Assembly: GCA_964247055.1 (NCBI GenBank)
Contig: OZ176055.1
Span: 4,154,001-4,218,000, forward strand
Direction: 5' to 3'
DNA: 64,000 nucleotides
From: Paragordius varius
Lineage: Eukaryota > Animalia > Nematomorpha
The notes under the pieces are model-generated. The model worked only from the letters and a program-made list of their open reading frames with translations, did no database searches and was not told the DNA's origin. Positions 12,101 through 26,738 of the stretch are shown one piece after another. Numbering within the stretch: the first letter of the stretch is position 1; each line of letters opens with the position of its first letter. The translations under genes were made by a program, and so were the position numbers.

Positions 12101-15100
12101 TTTTACGTATTGTCCGTATAATTTCAATAGAGAAAATTGCATAAACCCTGGAGTAATTTTTGGCTTTGTGGAGTCATGAGAATGAGATCAGGATCAAATC
12201 CGTCAGCCTGTACATGATACTCGTTAAAGGCTAAAACACGGAAAGCGTATATGTTTTGACTAATGCGTTTGGGAAAACTGAATAGCGGGGTGTGGGAATG
12301 GGTAATATTTTGGTAGCTTGAATTGGCTGAAATTTTACTTTGTAACATGTATCTAATTTATATGTTGTTTAATTGTAGAAAATTAAAATAAGATAAAAAT
12401 ATTTTAAAGGAATTTAATGTACCGTTGAGAGGGAAACGGATGTTTGACTGAAATATGAGGACAATTGATTAAAAAAGTTGAATTGCCATGGGATATGGTA
12501 CAATTGCGCACAGGTTTTGGTTTATCTATATTTACAAAAACGTAGAATATCTATTAAATGGTTAAAATTATACTTTATTCCAAAAAAATATTCTTAAAGT
12601 GTCTCATCCCTAATTTGTGAGATTAATAGAGACAATTGTATAGATAACACTGATCAACAAGGTTTTGTACCACCCCATTATTTTTGCATTTTCTAATACC
12701 TAATGGCATGGAAAAGCCAAAACAAAAAAGAAAATTGAGGCCACCAATAGGATTTTTCCAAAATTTAATTTTTAAATTTGTATTTAATTCAAAAAAACAA
12801 TCATTCCTCGTGCACATATGTTTAAATATTCAAACGAGCAAGTCGATACAAGTAATATTCCATGCATGAATAACAAAATTCTAGGCATTAAATAAGATAC
12901 TAAACAAGCTAAGAGCCAAAGTATTAAAAATCTAAAAGAGGCTTATGTATAGTGTGATAGATCCGGGCGGCTGCACAAGCTCTGCATATCCCCCAAGCGA
13001 TCCTATAATTATGCCAGATGTGGCAAAGATAACAATAAGTCATCGTAAAGTCCGATAAGAGAGACTTGCAAGCAAAATCCAGGCAAATTGACATGTAAAA
13101 TTAACCAATTCACAGAATAAAGTTAGATAAATTCTACAATTAAATTGAATATAAATTAGGTAAATACAAATGGTCCAATCCCATAACAGTAAATTCTACT
13201 AAAAGTGGCTACACAACATCCATCTGAAATTCAAAATACAAAAACCAATAATTTTTAAAAAAATAAGGTATATCCACTAGGTATAAATAAAGGATTTTTA
13301 TTAAGAACCAACTCAAGAGAAAAAGTCTAATAAGTACTCAAAAGAACGAAAACTAACAAAAAAAATATAGCCTATCTGAAAGCCGAAGGTTTAAACCATA
13401 GAATGCCTTTTTTAGTATTTATTAAAAAAAATTTATATGTGTTAAAAATTCACTTGAAAAAAAAGACTAAATTTTGACGTTTAAGTCCGTACTATTTTTT
13501 TCTCTCTGATATTTAAATGACATATTTATAATCAAAAGATAGAGTTTAAAACGCTTTATTAAATGATATTAAGTTTATAATATAATAACATTTTATTATA
13601 AAGTTATATTTAATTTTCTCTCGATTTTCTCTTGTTTTTGAAAAATTGAAAAACCTATAAAATTTCAAAATTCTGATTGGCGGGATCAAAAATTTTTTTA
13701 AATTCGGTTTTAAAACACTAAAATTAGTCATAATTTAAAAAGTTTGAGTGATGGTGCTTAAAAATGTCCAAATTTGTCGACTAGTGTAATTATATATATT
13801 TTTTTAAATTAACAAAAGTTGGAAAAACTAACCAGCAGACTTTATGGTGAAAGTGCAAATATCGGAACTTATTCCTGCACTATTCTGTGCTTTGCATGCA
13901 TATGTACCAAATTTTTCGGAGGACATAATTTTGATTGATAAAATTTCCGGTGTCCCTTTTGATCTTTTAGTATGATTTCTGTTTGATAATAAATCTTTTT
14001 TTGCTGACCCATTTTGAAATCCAATAATTTGATGAAGCGTTTTTAAATTCTTAGCAATCGAGAAATTATGAGAACTGGATGAATAATTAGTTAGTTTTTT
14101 AAAGTAATATTGATGAGGTTCAGGCATACCATATGTTTCACATTTAAATTTGACTGTAGAATTGATTGTGGCTAATACTTGCTGATGATTGATTTTACAA
14201 ATAGGACGATCTAATACATAAGAATGGCTTACGTTCATTTCCTATGTATATATATATATAGATAAAAACTTGAAAAAAAGTGGTGGCTTACATTGAAATT
14301 TTATGGTTAAATTTTTAGTTTGATATCCATATGCATTACTACACCGGCACGTTAATGTTAAAGGAGGAATTATCAAATCCGTATTTTGCGTCTTTTTATT
14401 TTGGGCAGGACTAACAATGGTTCGATTTTTTAGCGCCGTTTGAATGAAAGGTAAATCAAGCGCTAGGATTCGTTGATGAGAAATTAAATAAACTGGTTTC
14501 AACGTATTATACCATTGTATGGAGGAGATCGGGTTACTTTGTGTATCACATATAACATTAACTGGGTTTGCGACATGCGAAATTTTATATTTCATAGTGT
14601 TACCATTACCATTGTTACCCGCTGTGTATTGTTCTGTTATAAGAGATTCTAATACGACATTCAACTCCACAATCTCATGACTTAACTGAATAGATAATGG
14701 GGCATCTGATAAAAAATGTCTTATTTAATAATAATATTTATATGCAAAAATTTCAACATATAGCTTAGTTTTTGTTATATTTATTTTGGATTTTGTCTAA
14801 GAATAAAGCCATTTTTATTATTAAATTGTGATGATAAATAGTGTTAAAAAGACTCTAAGTTATTAGATTAAAATATTTGAATATTTCATTGCAAATTTAT
14901 TCGAAAGTATTAGAGTAGTGTGGAATCATGAGCTTAATTCCTTGTTTAGCTGAACTTTTGCAACCAACACTAAAATAAAACACAGGCAGATGAGTTTTTA
15001 ATAGTTTTATTTGTGTAAGAGTTTTGAATAAATTATTTAGATCAGTAAAACCAAACAAAAGTAAATAAAAATATATTATTTTAAAATCATATTTTAATCG

Positions 15101-18100
15101 CTATTTTTTGATATCGGTTAGAGAAAAGTTAAACCCTTTTATGTGCAGAAGAGATGATGCAAATTCAACGGTCAATAAATAAATTTACACAAAAAGAGCT
15201 AAAAAGTAAATTCACAAAAAAATCCACAAAAAGGTTTTACTGTAGTTTACAAATTGATATTTATACTTAACCGAAATTATGGTATAGAAAAGTTATCATA
15301 TGACGCCCGATTTTACTGTATAATTAATGTGAGTTACCTTCAGATTAACACTTTTAGATAGGGATAATATGTTTAATTTACATCTAACGATATGGTAGAT
15401 TCCGTAAATATATCATTACAATGCTAAAAATGCAATAATTTGTTTTATATCTCTTTTTAATATTATAAATTAATAGAAATGTATTAAATTATTTTCATCA
15501 TAAGTACTATTGTAAACTCTTACAGAAAACGTTAAGGAGCGTATAGGTGTACAATGGAATTTCGCCATAAAAATCCATGACTTGATTGCTGGTCAAGCAA
15601 AACAATTCTGCACCATTGAGGTATGGGCTCATTCGTAACCTAAGTATATTCATTACATCGTAGGAACCGGCTTCATCCACAACAGTATGATAAGAACCTT
15701 AAAATATGATTGCAAACATATTAAATCATTAAAAAATAACTTTGAGAAGTCCAAATTCATACCAAAAAGAAAAATACAAAAATAATACCATTTAATTTTT
15801 TCATAAAGTTTCCTTTCCTAAGTTCCCATGAGATCTGAGGCATAGGGTTAGCACCTTTTACCTTACAAGCGATATCGCCTTCCTGGTTTTGGACAAAATT
15901 TGTGTCCCCCATCTCAATACTTGGCATGAGCGGCCGAACTATACATTTATTGTAATTATTCGTTAAAATAAAATAATCAAAAAATTAATGTAATTATCAT
16001 AGGTTTATTAAAATATTTCTAGTATAATGTCCTAAAAGAGAAATAAAGCGTGCCAAACAGTTTTTCATTATTTTTACCATAAACGAAAATTTGAAACACC
16101 CAATATATTAACAAAATTTTATATTCAAAGTTAAATATTGACTTGTTAAATTAAACATAGACTCTTTAGTTTAGGCCAATTCTTTAGTTTATGCCATAGT
16201 TTTTACACCACGAGATTTTCAAAGAATAGATGGCTGTATTTTAAAATATAGGATAAATTAAATATAATTTATTTCCATTGGCACCTTAATATTGCATATA
16301 AAAACATGGGCAGCTTTAACACTTGGATACAATACATTTATTTCAGTCCTTCGATTCAAATTGGGATAGTTGGATTCCCCAGGCCTATTAAAAGTTAAAT
16401 ACTTCAAAAAATATGAGAATCGAAACCATGGCAAAAGTTTGCACTTATATAATATTAATGAACCAAAATATAATAAAAATCATTAAAAATACTTGATATT
16501 ACTTATTTTAAGGTAAAACGCAAAAGTAAAAATTAGTCAACATAATATGTGCATTAGCAAAATTTAAAAATAATACAACCACTTTTTCTGTTTCTATCAA
16601 TATTAGATTTGATATAAATGAAAAAATAGATAATTTTAGCTTTAAACAAAAAAAACCCCCCGATATTTTGCAAAAATTTTGTAAAATAAAAATGGCGTTG
16701 AAGTAGTTTGATGTGGTACTTATTTTTAATAAATTTTATTAAGATAATTCAGCTTATTTATATAATTTTTATTAGGATCGAAGCATAAATTTATAATGGG
16801 ACCGTTTCTTTTAGTAGTTTAAAAATAGCAACTTAAATATAATCTGAGGTATTTAGATACCCCAATTCGAATCTAAATGTTAAATATTATGAACATGAGA
16901 TGGCAAAATTTTTTTTTAAAAAATCATACAGTCATTTTAAAATTAAAATACAAATATTATAGTTATTCGCTCTAAATATTAATCATTTTTTCTTTTTTTA
17001 AATGGAATTACCGTTTTTGGCCACTTTAAGCTATGGCTCCTTCAACGTTACAAAACTCCCCTACCCATATTTATATACAAAAACTATATACCCTAAAGTA
17101 TGTAAGCTTTTAAAATTAGTATAATTACCATATAAATTCAATTTAAAGCTAATGACATTTAAAGTGGAGGGGTGTAATGGATGTTTTTGTAGATCAGTAT
17201 TTGAATGCCTATATAAATGACTTAGATTATGTTGTGGTATTGCATTTTCAGCATAGCATGTAAAAATAATGCTAATAAGCTCCCGGGTTGCTTGAAACGT
17301 TATAGATTGCCAAGAACTCCAGGTCCCATCTAATATCATTTATATATGATAGATTAAAACTAAGTTTTGAGACATATACAAATATTATTTTCTAAAAGGT
17401 GTCCTAAACTTAAAATTAACCGTTTCTCTGTATATAGCTTGTTTGATTTGGGTCACCAACAATTTGACCAGATTTTTTCCAAATTAGTTGTGCTCGTGGT
17501 TTGGCACTTAGAACGCTACAATTTAAAGTTACCCTATTGCCCTCATAAATGACTTCATTGGAATAATTGACGGCTAATCCCGTGGGTTTAACTAATGATA
17601 ATATAGGATATTTAAAGCTTTTAAATAAAACATTTTTTAATCCATGCTTCAAAAGAATCATACCAAATATTTCGAGACTTAGCGGTGTTTGTTGGCGGCT
17701 TAATGCATTTCTCATTTTTGACATACATATGTAGTAACCGGCATCTTGAATTCTAACATTTTTGATTTCTAGATAAGGCATAAAGGTGTAAAGATTAGCT
17801 GTTTTCCCCAAATTATTTTTTATGGCAAAATGTGCAGCATTTGATGAATCAGCAATGTCATTTTCTTGATTTAATATATTTATGTTTGGCAACACTATAT
17901 TGACTTTTCCCATCCATTTCCCTGATGTTTTTAATAACTTATTTAGTCGGTTCAAATTGGACGGTGGATTATCCAGAAACTGATGGTGAGCACTCGAATT
18001 CGTATGATTTGAAAGATTTGCAGAAATAAATACTGTGGTATTGATTGGTGCGTAGACGGCAGTAAACACATTGGTAAATGATGAATTGATATATTTTACA

Positions 18101-18887
18101 AATCTGTATTATTACAAAGGGAATTGGATTAATTCTAGCAATGGAAAGATCATCTTTTTCATCAAAGTTTACTCAAAAACAATATTTACCTTATCGTAAT
18201 CAAAAAATGATTCACATATTATATTTTTTTGACAACTATTACGGAACCCTTTTCAATAATATGTAAGAATTTCTTTCATTAAAATGAATTCCTTTTAAAA
18301 TGCGCGATATTTTATATGTTAATTGGAGTAATATTGTGCATAATCGTCGTTATAAAGAAAGAATTAGGCATTTATTACTAAACATATTTTTATGTGATAC
18401 CATAAAAAATATTATCTAAAAATATTTAATAGTAGCGTTTTATTTTTGGAGATTTTTATTGGTATGTTTTAATTCACAGTAGAAATAGAAAAAAATACTT
18501 ATTTGTAACTTTTTGCTAGGTTTCATAAGTAATGTTAAAACCTTATTGCTTTGAAATAAGCCCTATTCTCCCGAAAAAGCTAGATTGCTTTATGCAATTC
18601 AAATTTATAAATAATAATGGTTTAATTTATAAAACCTAAAACATAGGGTTTGTGATTTATCAAATAATACCGTATGTATTGAATGAATAAATTTGTTTGA
18701 TCGGTCGTTTTATTAAGGGGAGAAAATCCTTCTATATAATCCGATTCCTCCACATAGTTTATTTTTGGATGATCGAAAAGGTTTGCAATAACAGGGCAGT
18801 ATAGACGAGCAGTTTTCCCTTGAATAGCTTCAAACTGGAAAGGTGGGCTAATGGTTTGCAATTCGACTCCGAATTTTAAATATAAAA
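9119..18887 (-). CDS. Sidestep/nephrin-like Ig-superfamily type I membrane protein (5 Ig, FN3, TM, long Ser/Asn-rich cytoplasmic tail); 5' end not located
   Basis: Exons resolved on the minus strand: from 18887 down (FEAIQGKTARLYCP); about 18103-17664 (LEIKNVRIQDAGYYIC); 17591-17421 (EGNRVTLNCSVLSAKPRAQLIW); 17329-17129; about 15944-15790 (IACKVKGANPMPQISW); 15697-15524; about 14707-14292; 14210-about 13832 (YACKAQNSAG); 12352-12146 (FN3, YAFRVLAFNEY); 11592-11431 (TM ITIALSIFLSAIVVSVVLVLTLC); 10425-10325 (FPDVAP); 10228-9119 (NLIYADVE + tail). Domain linkers LYVRP, NVFYAP and FQYRPICK are typical of the Sidestep family. Exons at 18100-18650 and 12350-13830 are unresolved and the signal-peptide exon was not found. 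Confidence 0.8.
10892..11159. mobile_element. hAT-like MITE in an intron of the Ig gene
   Basis: CAGGGGATGACCAACACGCGGGCGCGGCCC ... GCGGCCCGCGAA..GTTGGACACCCCTC. Flanks TTTAAAAG / TATTAAAG (6 of 8 match) are compatible with an aged 8-bp TSD. Confidence 0.6.
11690..12125. mobile_element. Tc1/mariner-like MITE (TA|CAGT end), intronic
   Basis: TA|CAGTAAAAACTGAAATTATACGGACAAAACGTA at the left and a degenerate inverted match (TACGTATTGTCCGTATAATTTCA) at about 12100-12125. Related to the copy at 41546-41781. Confidence 0.45.
16320..16879 (-). mobile_element. piggyBac-like non-autonomous element (TTAA TSD), reverse orientation
   Basis: TTAA|CACTTGGATAC ... GAATCTAAATG|TTAA; colinear in reverse with 26155-26738 and 39393-39950. 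Confidence 0.8.
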
Positions 18888-21800
18888 CTATATGCACGAA
18901 AAAAAAACGATTGAAATAATACGATATTCATTTATTAAAATAATATCTTAAAATCAGGGATTAAATCTTAAACCTAGTTTGAATACGGTTTTTTAAGTAA
19001 TTTTTTGACTCGATCTAAACGATTTAAAAAATGGTTCTGGTTAGGAGAATTTCTTTCAAAAAAATTTAGTTCCGGTGCAATTCTTGCTAATCAGATTGGT
19101 CTTTCGGTTCCATTTTTAATGCCGATTTCTTTTTCATAAATATAAAGAGCGTCAAAAACATAACCATACACACAGTGTCCACAAAAAATTATTATATGCT
19201 AGTTTTTTCGGAAAAATCAAAATATGAATTATAGAAAACAATATTTTCTAAATAAGGAGACATGATATCAAACATTATTTTTTGGAAATTGTTTTCAAAA
19301 CATGGTTTTGGCCTCCTAATCGGTTAAAACTAATTTTATGTTACAAGCGAATATGAAATCCTCACATTTTTTATTTACCTTGACAAAACTATTCAAATGA
19401 ATCCTATAATAAGTGGTAATTTTGGCTTGCACAATCAGCCGTCAATCTAACCAATAAAAAGTTCATTTCTAACCATCAACTTTTGGATTTTTATATAAGT
19501 TTTTATCATTTAACAATAATGAAATATTTTATGTTTTACTGATTATTTTCACAATATATAAATATATATTTTTCAAAATTGTATATGATTTAATCTATTA
19601 ATTATTTTGACATAAATCGTTGTTAAGCAGACAGGTAACAAACACATTAAAAATAAGTTTGAAGATTAGCACAGCATTTGCTTGGTGTAATAACTTAGTA
19701 TAACTTGACATTTATTTCCTCACTTTAATATGCATCTATATAATAAAATATTAGAATTTGACTTTTTTAAACTGGTAAATATATATTATTTTATTTTTTA
19801 ATTTAAGTTCACACTTATCAAATTAACAGTTATATGTTTTCCTAAATCAAGCAGGCTTAAATTGAAAATTTTGAAATTTGATGTGAAAAAAATTGTAATT
19901 AATTTTATTTCCACCTGTTATCTATTTACCTATCTAATTGATTTATAATATTCGTCGTATCTTCAAAAATTTCTTTTAATATGGTTCATTGGATTTATGT
20001 CACGACGAAAGTAAAAGGTTAAATATAATATAATTAGGGCAATATTAAAAATCATTAATTATATATAAAATTTAAAAGTAGGTTTGAATCTACCGGTTTT
20101 TATTGCTTAAAATTTATTAAGATGCTTTCGAAAAAAAACCGGTAAAAATTCAAAAATATGTTAACTTTAGTACTTGTACAATTACTTCTAGATGAATCAA
20201 TGTTTATTTTAGCTGCAATTCATAGAAAATAAAAAAACAATGTTTGAGTTTAATACAAATAAAATGGAGTTTTCGATTCTTTGCACAAACAAAAAGGAAA
20301 CCCATTAAAACTTTTATGAGAGGTAAAAACTTTGAGAAATAATAATGTGACTCCAGATTTAACAGTCGCAAAACTCCCATTTAAAGGTGACATGTAAACG
20401 CAATTTAAGTGTAAGCCTTTATCGGTTCTGAATGCAAAAGGGACAGGCTTCTAACAGTCGTCAATTATTTAATCAACATGGACGAAAAATAAAAAATTAC
20501 CTATCCAAACGAATATCCTCCACATATTTTGATTCATGAATTTAATTTAATAGGGCATCCTATCAAAATTAAAACCATTATTACAGATTGGATGTACTTT
20601 GGTCCAATACTTCAACATTTTTATTTTATTTAAATATGGTATGAGGAAGATAGATAAATGATAGATGAATTTGATATAATTTACACGACGCGCCGAATAA
20701 ATTATTTTTTATGGAATTTCATTTTGATTAACACATACATTAATGACGTTAATGATTAAGTCTCCATAAAAAAATAATGGTATGGGAAAGGCAGTGCAGT
20801 AGAATATCTGTATAAGAGCCATATAAATATGCAAAATAGGCTATTTAATGATGGTTTTGTAGAGACGGAAATGAATTCAATAATGTCACATTTTTTTTAA
20901 TATGGTGGTAAAGCATTAAAAATAATTATGCAATATTGATGTCTAGTATTGAATCATAAATATTTTAATGGCTTAATTATCAGGATTAATAGATATTATT
21001 GCCAGGATATTTTTTTTTAATTCATTTCATGATACAGTACATGGATTTTAGAGATGTAAAAATCTTAACACAAATAAATTTCTGAAAAGAATAAATAAAA
21101 TGGACGGGTACACAAATTTTATTATACTCTAAATTTTATTTTGTGGAATGAAATGCATCATTATGGAGGGATAGTTTTTAAAAATTTATATACCATACCA
21201 GCAAAGAAAGGCCACGATTATTAAAAAGCAGGAGAGATGGATTAAGTACACTGTATATGAGAGTGGATGGATGCACTTAAATTATTTTAAACTCTCTGTA
21301 ATGTCTTTTTTGTCACACATTAAAGGTGCAAAAGGTGTGTTTGATATACACATAAAAATAAGAAGAATTTTGGTATAAAAATATTGAAATTTATCACATA
21401 TATATATATATACGTATACATAAGAGACATAAAAATTTAAAATATACGACGAACAAATTATATATTTTTTATCTTTTTTTTCCTTCTTCCTCCATTCCTA
21501 ATTTGTTTTTATATATATATTATATTATATAGAATAAATCTTTATCAATTATACATATACAATTTATATGTAATATAGAGTTATTTAGGATTCAGGTGTA
21601 ATTAATCTACATATTATTATATATTTTAAATATAAGCTTTTAACTTTTATCATTAACATTTATATATGTGCAAAGGTATTAAAATAAAATGAGATATAAA
21701 ATTTTGTTAACCTTATACATATTAACATTGTATATATTAAAAGATTTACATAAATTGTATCTATAATAATACAAAAAATAACCATAAAATTTGCTAAATT

Positions 21801-22685
21801 CATTGTAATTGGGTTATTTTTTTTAAAAAAAAGTTATTTCTTATAACAAGTTTATTTGGAATTGAAACCATGTGTGTGTTATATTCAAAAGACGAAATTG
21901 TTAAAGATATTCTTACTCCCCGTTTAAAATCCTCGTCTCAAAGAAATTTATTAATTTTGCCGAATATTTTTAATCCGCACAAAAAAGTTTTTTTATGAAT
22001 TTTGTCATATCAGCATGATAAAATAAGCAAGAAAAACAGTATGACTCAGCAATATACCTTTGACTTTTAGAGTATTTTTATATGTAATTAAAGAGTATAA
22101 TGAACATATATGCCAAAAGATGTTACCTTTAAACGAAACAATTAAATTATATTTTTGCAAATTTTTTATCTTTAATTTATCTAAAGCAAATTACTTTTTT
22201 TGAAGCGATTATGTAACTTGATATCCTACATTTATTCATAAACTTAAATGTTAAATAAATGGATTATAATTTAGAGAAAATAACGGTGTTACAATATTTA
22301 ATTAAAAAACTACTGGCCAACAAATTTTAATAAATAATATTTTAGAATTAAGAAATATAATTTTAATACTGGTCCGGCTTTGAAAGAAAAAATTAAAAAA
22401 ATTTCACAAAAATAATATATTATACGAAATTTAGGGTCATAATGGCTTCCAATTATTGTATTTGCAGATATGAAAACTCATCAACTTATTTGGAAATATA
22501 AGAATTCTATTTATCCAACAATATATATTTGTTTGATTTTTAAATTTTAAATATTAAATTTATATTCCCAAATTTATAATAATGACTGTTTTGGACAAAA
22601 AGGAATATTTGTAAAGTACAATGCAGACAATGAGCACTTAATTAACACTTTGCCTTTTCCTTTTTTAAGAAAATTTTACAATCTT

Positions 22686-23560
22686 CAGGATGCTCCCACA
22701 TAATGCTGTTGTTGCATTTGTATTCTATGCAAACATATGCATTTAATATAATACGATCCCACCGACTGGTTTTCTAACCTGAGAGAAGTTAGATAAGGAT
22801 GTGTCCTTTCTCCCCTCCTGTTCAATACAGAAACTTTAATGTTCAATGTGAATTTTCTAAACACATTGAAGCGCATCGGAGATGAAACTGTTTGCGATCT
22901 CCGGTACGCTAATACGGTTCTATTGAGACACACCCCAGTTACCATTACCACTTAAGGCCTCCACATCGACCTAACTGATCACTTCAAATATTTAGGTTGT
23001 ATAATTTCATCTGACGCTAGTTCACAGATCCCGACATACGAGCGCGGCATGCATTAAAAAGCGCTACCATGCGCCTGCTGTTTAGAATTTGGAACCCTTC
23101 GGTCATAACAGTTTCAACCAAATTGCCATCATAAAGGCAATGGTTCACCCCGTCGCTATTTACCGGTATGAATCATGGGTTTGTAAACCCACCGACAAAG
23201 CCCGCATCCACTCATTTCAAGTATGGTGCTCCCGGAATTTGTCCTGGAAAGCCCACATCTCTAATTCATGTTTACTTAACTTCATCTAACCAGAATTTTT
23301 TTACGATCTAGTAATCTACAGACAATTAAAATATCTCGACCATATTCTACGATCCGATTTCCTTGAAAAAAACATTCACATTGGGTTTGTCGTAGGTACT
23401 CACAAAAGAGGTCGCCCCAAAAAGCGGTGCCACAATACCCTTAAAATCTGTTACAAACCTTACCTTTTCCCAAATAATTTGAAAGTCCCAAGATCGTCTG
23501 GAATGGAAAACGCTTATTTATAAAACTAAAAGTCGCTACGCGACTTGCTTCTAACACGCA
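22686..23560 (+). mobile_element. Decayed RTE-type LINE, 3' half of RT
   Basis: Motifs in order: VR*GCVLSPLLFN, DHFKYLGCIISSD, KAMVHPVAIYRYESW, IHSFQVWCSR, LKYLDHILR, EKNI..G.V.GTHKRGRPKKRC. The track ORF 22685-22951(-) is merely its antisense. Confidence 0.85.
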
Positions 23561-24171
23561 GATACCCGATTACATTTTGAGTAGTTTTACATCGCAGACC
23601 TTAATAAACTACAGTTTTAAAAGATATTTTGGTTAAAATTTAATTATCAAACATTGTTCTCCTCTAAGAGATATAGATAAAATCTCATATTCTTTGCAGT
23701 TTTCAACGTCTAGAATAAGATTTTTATTTGTTACTGATTTTGGAATAGATTTCTCTATAATAAAATTAACGATTAAACAATAGATGATTTATAAAAAATG
23801 TTTTGCGGCGCGCAGCGAATACCAGCACCTAATATACAGCTGTGAAATATATGTGATTGAAGAACCATTCAAACACAATTAGATATTCACTTTTTATAAG
23901 ACGAATACATTTTGGAATAGTTTTTAACTCAGATCTTTATACTGGTGAAAAAAAAATATTTTAAAATTTACTTTTGCTAAAATACATAGTCACCATAATA
24001 TCTTATATAAAAAATTAAAGGTTCTCATGGTGTTTGATTTGGGGCTTAGGAATCATTTAAGAAAGTTATTTAGCTTTTTTAAAAAATTGCTAGACATCGA
24101 ATTCAAAATTAGCGAACATTATATTAGATAAAAGCGGCAAAACCTAAAGGCTTCAAACCAAAATATTTTAT

Positions 24172-24202
<31 letters not shown>

Positions 24203-26154
24203 ACAAAATATTCATTTTACTTTTAGTGACTTAAAAAAGCTTAAATTTTGAACCCCCTCTAAAATAGGTTTTTTAAAAAATTCTGAGATTGGGTAGTAAC
24301 TTTTTATAACGACTTATAAAGAATTTTGTTTTTTTAACAGTTGCTAAAAATTTTGGCGCCAACGAAAAATAGGCTTTGCCTTAAGGATTTATGCTACGCG
24401 CAAATGCTTGCTAATTTAAAATATCTACACTTTATTTCGCAAACATCAAATAATTGATATCACGCTCATTATTAAGTTCGGTGTTTATATCTAAAATTTC
24501 AATTTTATTATAAATTATGTGCATTTAAATTAAATTTTATAATATATATATAACTAAAATTTGTTTGAAAGTTTTTAGGTTCAATTTTCTTTTTACTCTA
24601 GTTTTGCGAATTTTTGATTAGGAGCCCTAAAAGTGGAATACATGGTCAGGCCCCATTTGAAATATATATGGGCATAATTATATATGTTTTATTAATTTAA
24701 GAAGACAATTAAACTCAAAAAATATAACATTGTTTCTAATTTGTTGCCAATTCGTTATACTTATTCAGATTTGTTAAAAAATATCAATTTTACTAAGATT
24801 TTCTTAGCATATTTTTGAAAATTATGGATTTCCAAATTGAGCCGTGTGTTGGACAATCCTGCTTTAAACCAAAAACACTATAAAATTCTGATGCATTTTC
24901 CAACAATATATATATTTTATCAGGATATTATTTTATATTCCGGATGGGACTGTATTTATAGATGCAAGATATTAGATTTTCACCTGTTTTTAAATAAATT
25001 TGATATTCTAAGGCTTTTAAACTGAAACTTATAAAACTAGAAAAATGAAAATCATATTTATTAAAATTTGCTGTACCCTGACGCGTTGTAACGTATTCGA
25101 CAACCTTAGTTAACTGATAAAATATTTTTCTGCAACTCTATATGATCTCATAGATTATCCTAAATATAGCTTCGGAGTAATGTTATTTTTTTTGGTCGAT
25201 ATTTCATATGGTAGAGGCATACCCAGCAGGTAATAAAAAATAAGCTAAAATCTTTGTTATTTTTATTTAATCTTAAATATCCAAAAATTTGCTTAAAGGC
25301 CACAGAATTTTTGAATGATGGCGCTTTTTTAGAGAGGGTAGAGTCCTACCAAATATCCTGGATAAAAGAGGTTTGTCTTGAAAACTGGAAATACCTAAGC
25401 GCAGTATTAAATCCATACGGATTCATGAAAATCGTTTCAAAGCTAAATTATTTTCAAATGGTGGCCTAAATATAAGGTGGGGCTAACCAAGAGTTATTTC
25501 AAAGAACTTTGGACATTTGCACTTTTATACGGGAAATGCCTTAAACCATGATTAGACCCCAAAAATTAGCTTCGAAGCAACGTATTTTCAGGTGACGTAT
25601 TTAACATACTGTGGCGCCTTACCAAGGAGCTAATTTAAAAAGCGCTGGACCAAGTTTTTTGTTTTTATACTCTAAATAGTTGGATTCAATTTTATATCCA
25701 TTTGTTCTCGTGGCTTGGGCGATATTCGGCTTCAACATAAATCTTGATGGAGTGTTTTGTGATCCCAGCGGCTTATTAAGCGCAGGGCAAAATTGCCTGA
25801 TAGAGTTTATTGTAGTTAATATGCAAAAAACTTAAAATGTAATTATTTTGGATAAATTATGCTTTAAACTATACCTTTATATGGTAAAAGATGGTTTACC
25901 ACTTTAATACTTCATTACTTTTTGGGGTAGTTTTACATCCCAGTGCGATTGAAAATTTGATTATCTTTTAAGTATTTAAGGTATTAAGCCGATTTAAAAA
26001 TATGTCTTTAGCCCTTTAGGCGCCTTAAAAGAAATTTTCTAAAAAAATGTCAATTTGTAAAAAAATCCCCATCTCAAACTTTTTTGTCGCCAATTTTTTT
26101 CAAATCGCTAATTCTTGATGTATATTATGGTTAAAAAATGTAAATAATTATTAA

Positions 26155-26738
26155 CACTTCGATTCAAATTGGGGTATCTAAATACCCCAGACTAAATTAA
26201 AATTAAAATTTTTAAAAAAACTACTGAAGGAAACGGTCCCAATTTAAATTTAGGCTTCTATCCTGATAAATATTATATAAATATGCCAAAATATCTTAAT
26301 AAAATTTTGTTTTGAAAAAAAAAGTTACATCTCAAACTACTTCGACGCCATTTTTATTTTACAAAAATTTTGCAAAATATCGTCTTCATTTAATTTTAAG
26401 GGTAAAACTAAAGCTTATTTTTTATATAAATTATATCTAACATTGATAGAAATAGAAAAAGCGGTTTATTTTGCATTATTTTTTGATTTTACAATTTGAC
26501 ACATGTCACATTGACTAAATTGTTACCTTTCACTTTTAGCTCAAAATAAGTAATATCAAGTATTTTTGAATTAAATTTTTTATATATTTCGGTTTATTAA
26601 TGTTATATAAGTGCAAAATTTTGCCATGGTTTCGATTGCTTCCATACTTTTTAAAGTATTTGATTTTAAACAGGCTTGGGGTATCCAACTACCCCAATTT
26701 GAATCGAAGGACAAAAATGAGTGTGTTGTATCCAAGTG
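26155..26738 (+). mobile_element. piggyBac-like non-autonomous element (584 bp, TTAA TSD)
   Basis: TTAA(26151-26154)|CACTTCGATTCAAATTGGGGTA ... TACCCCAATTTGAATCGAAG..TATCCAAGTG|TTAA(26739-26742). Confidence 0.85.

Noticed and set aside
14211-14291. 9-nt microexon plus 22-nt intron inside the Ig4-Ig5 junction (second GTAAGCCA donor)
   Set aside because: Inclusion creates TGA immediately. A single 81-nt intron gives the family-typical FQYRPICK linker.
18900-22680. 3.8 kb with no long ORF
   Set aside because: No repeat, RNA gene or exon could be supported. It is probably the first intron or upstream region of the Ig gene.
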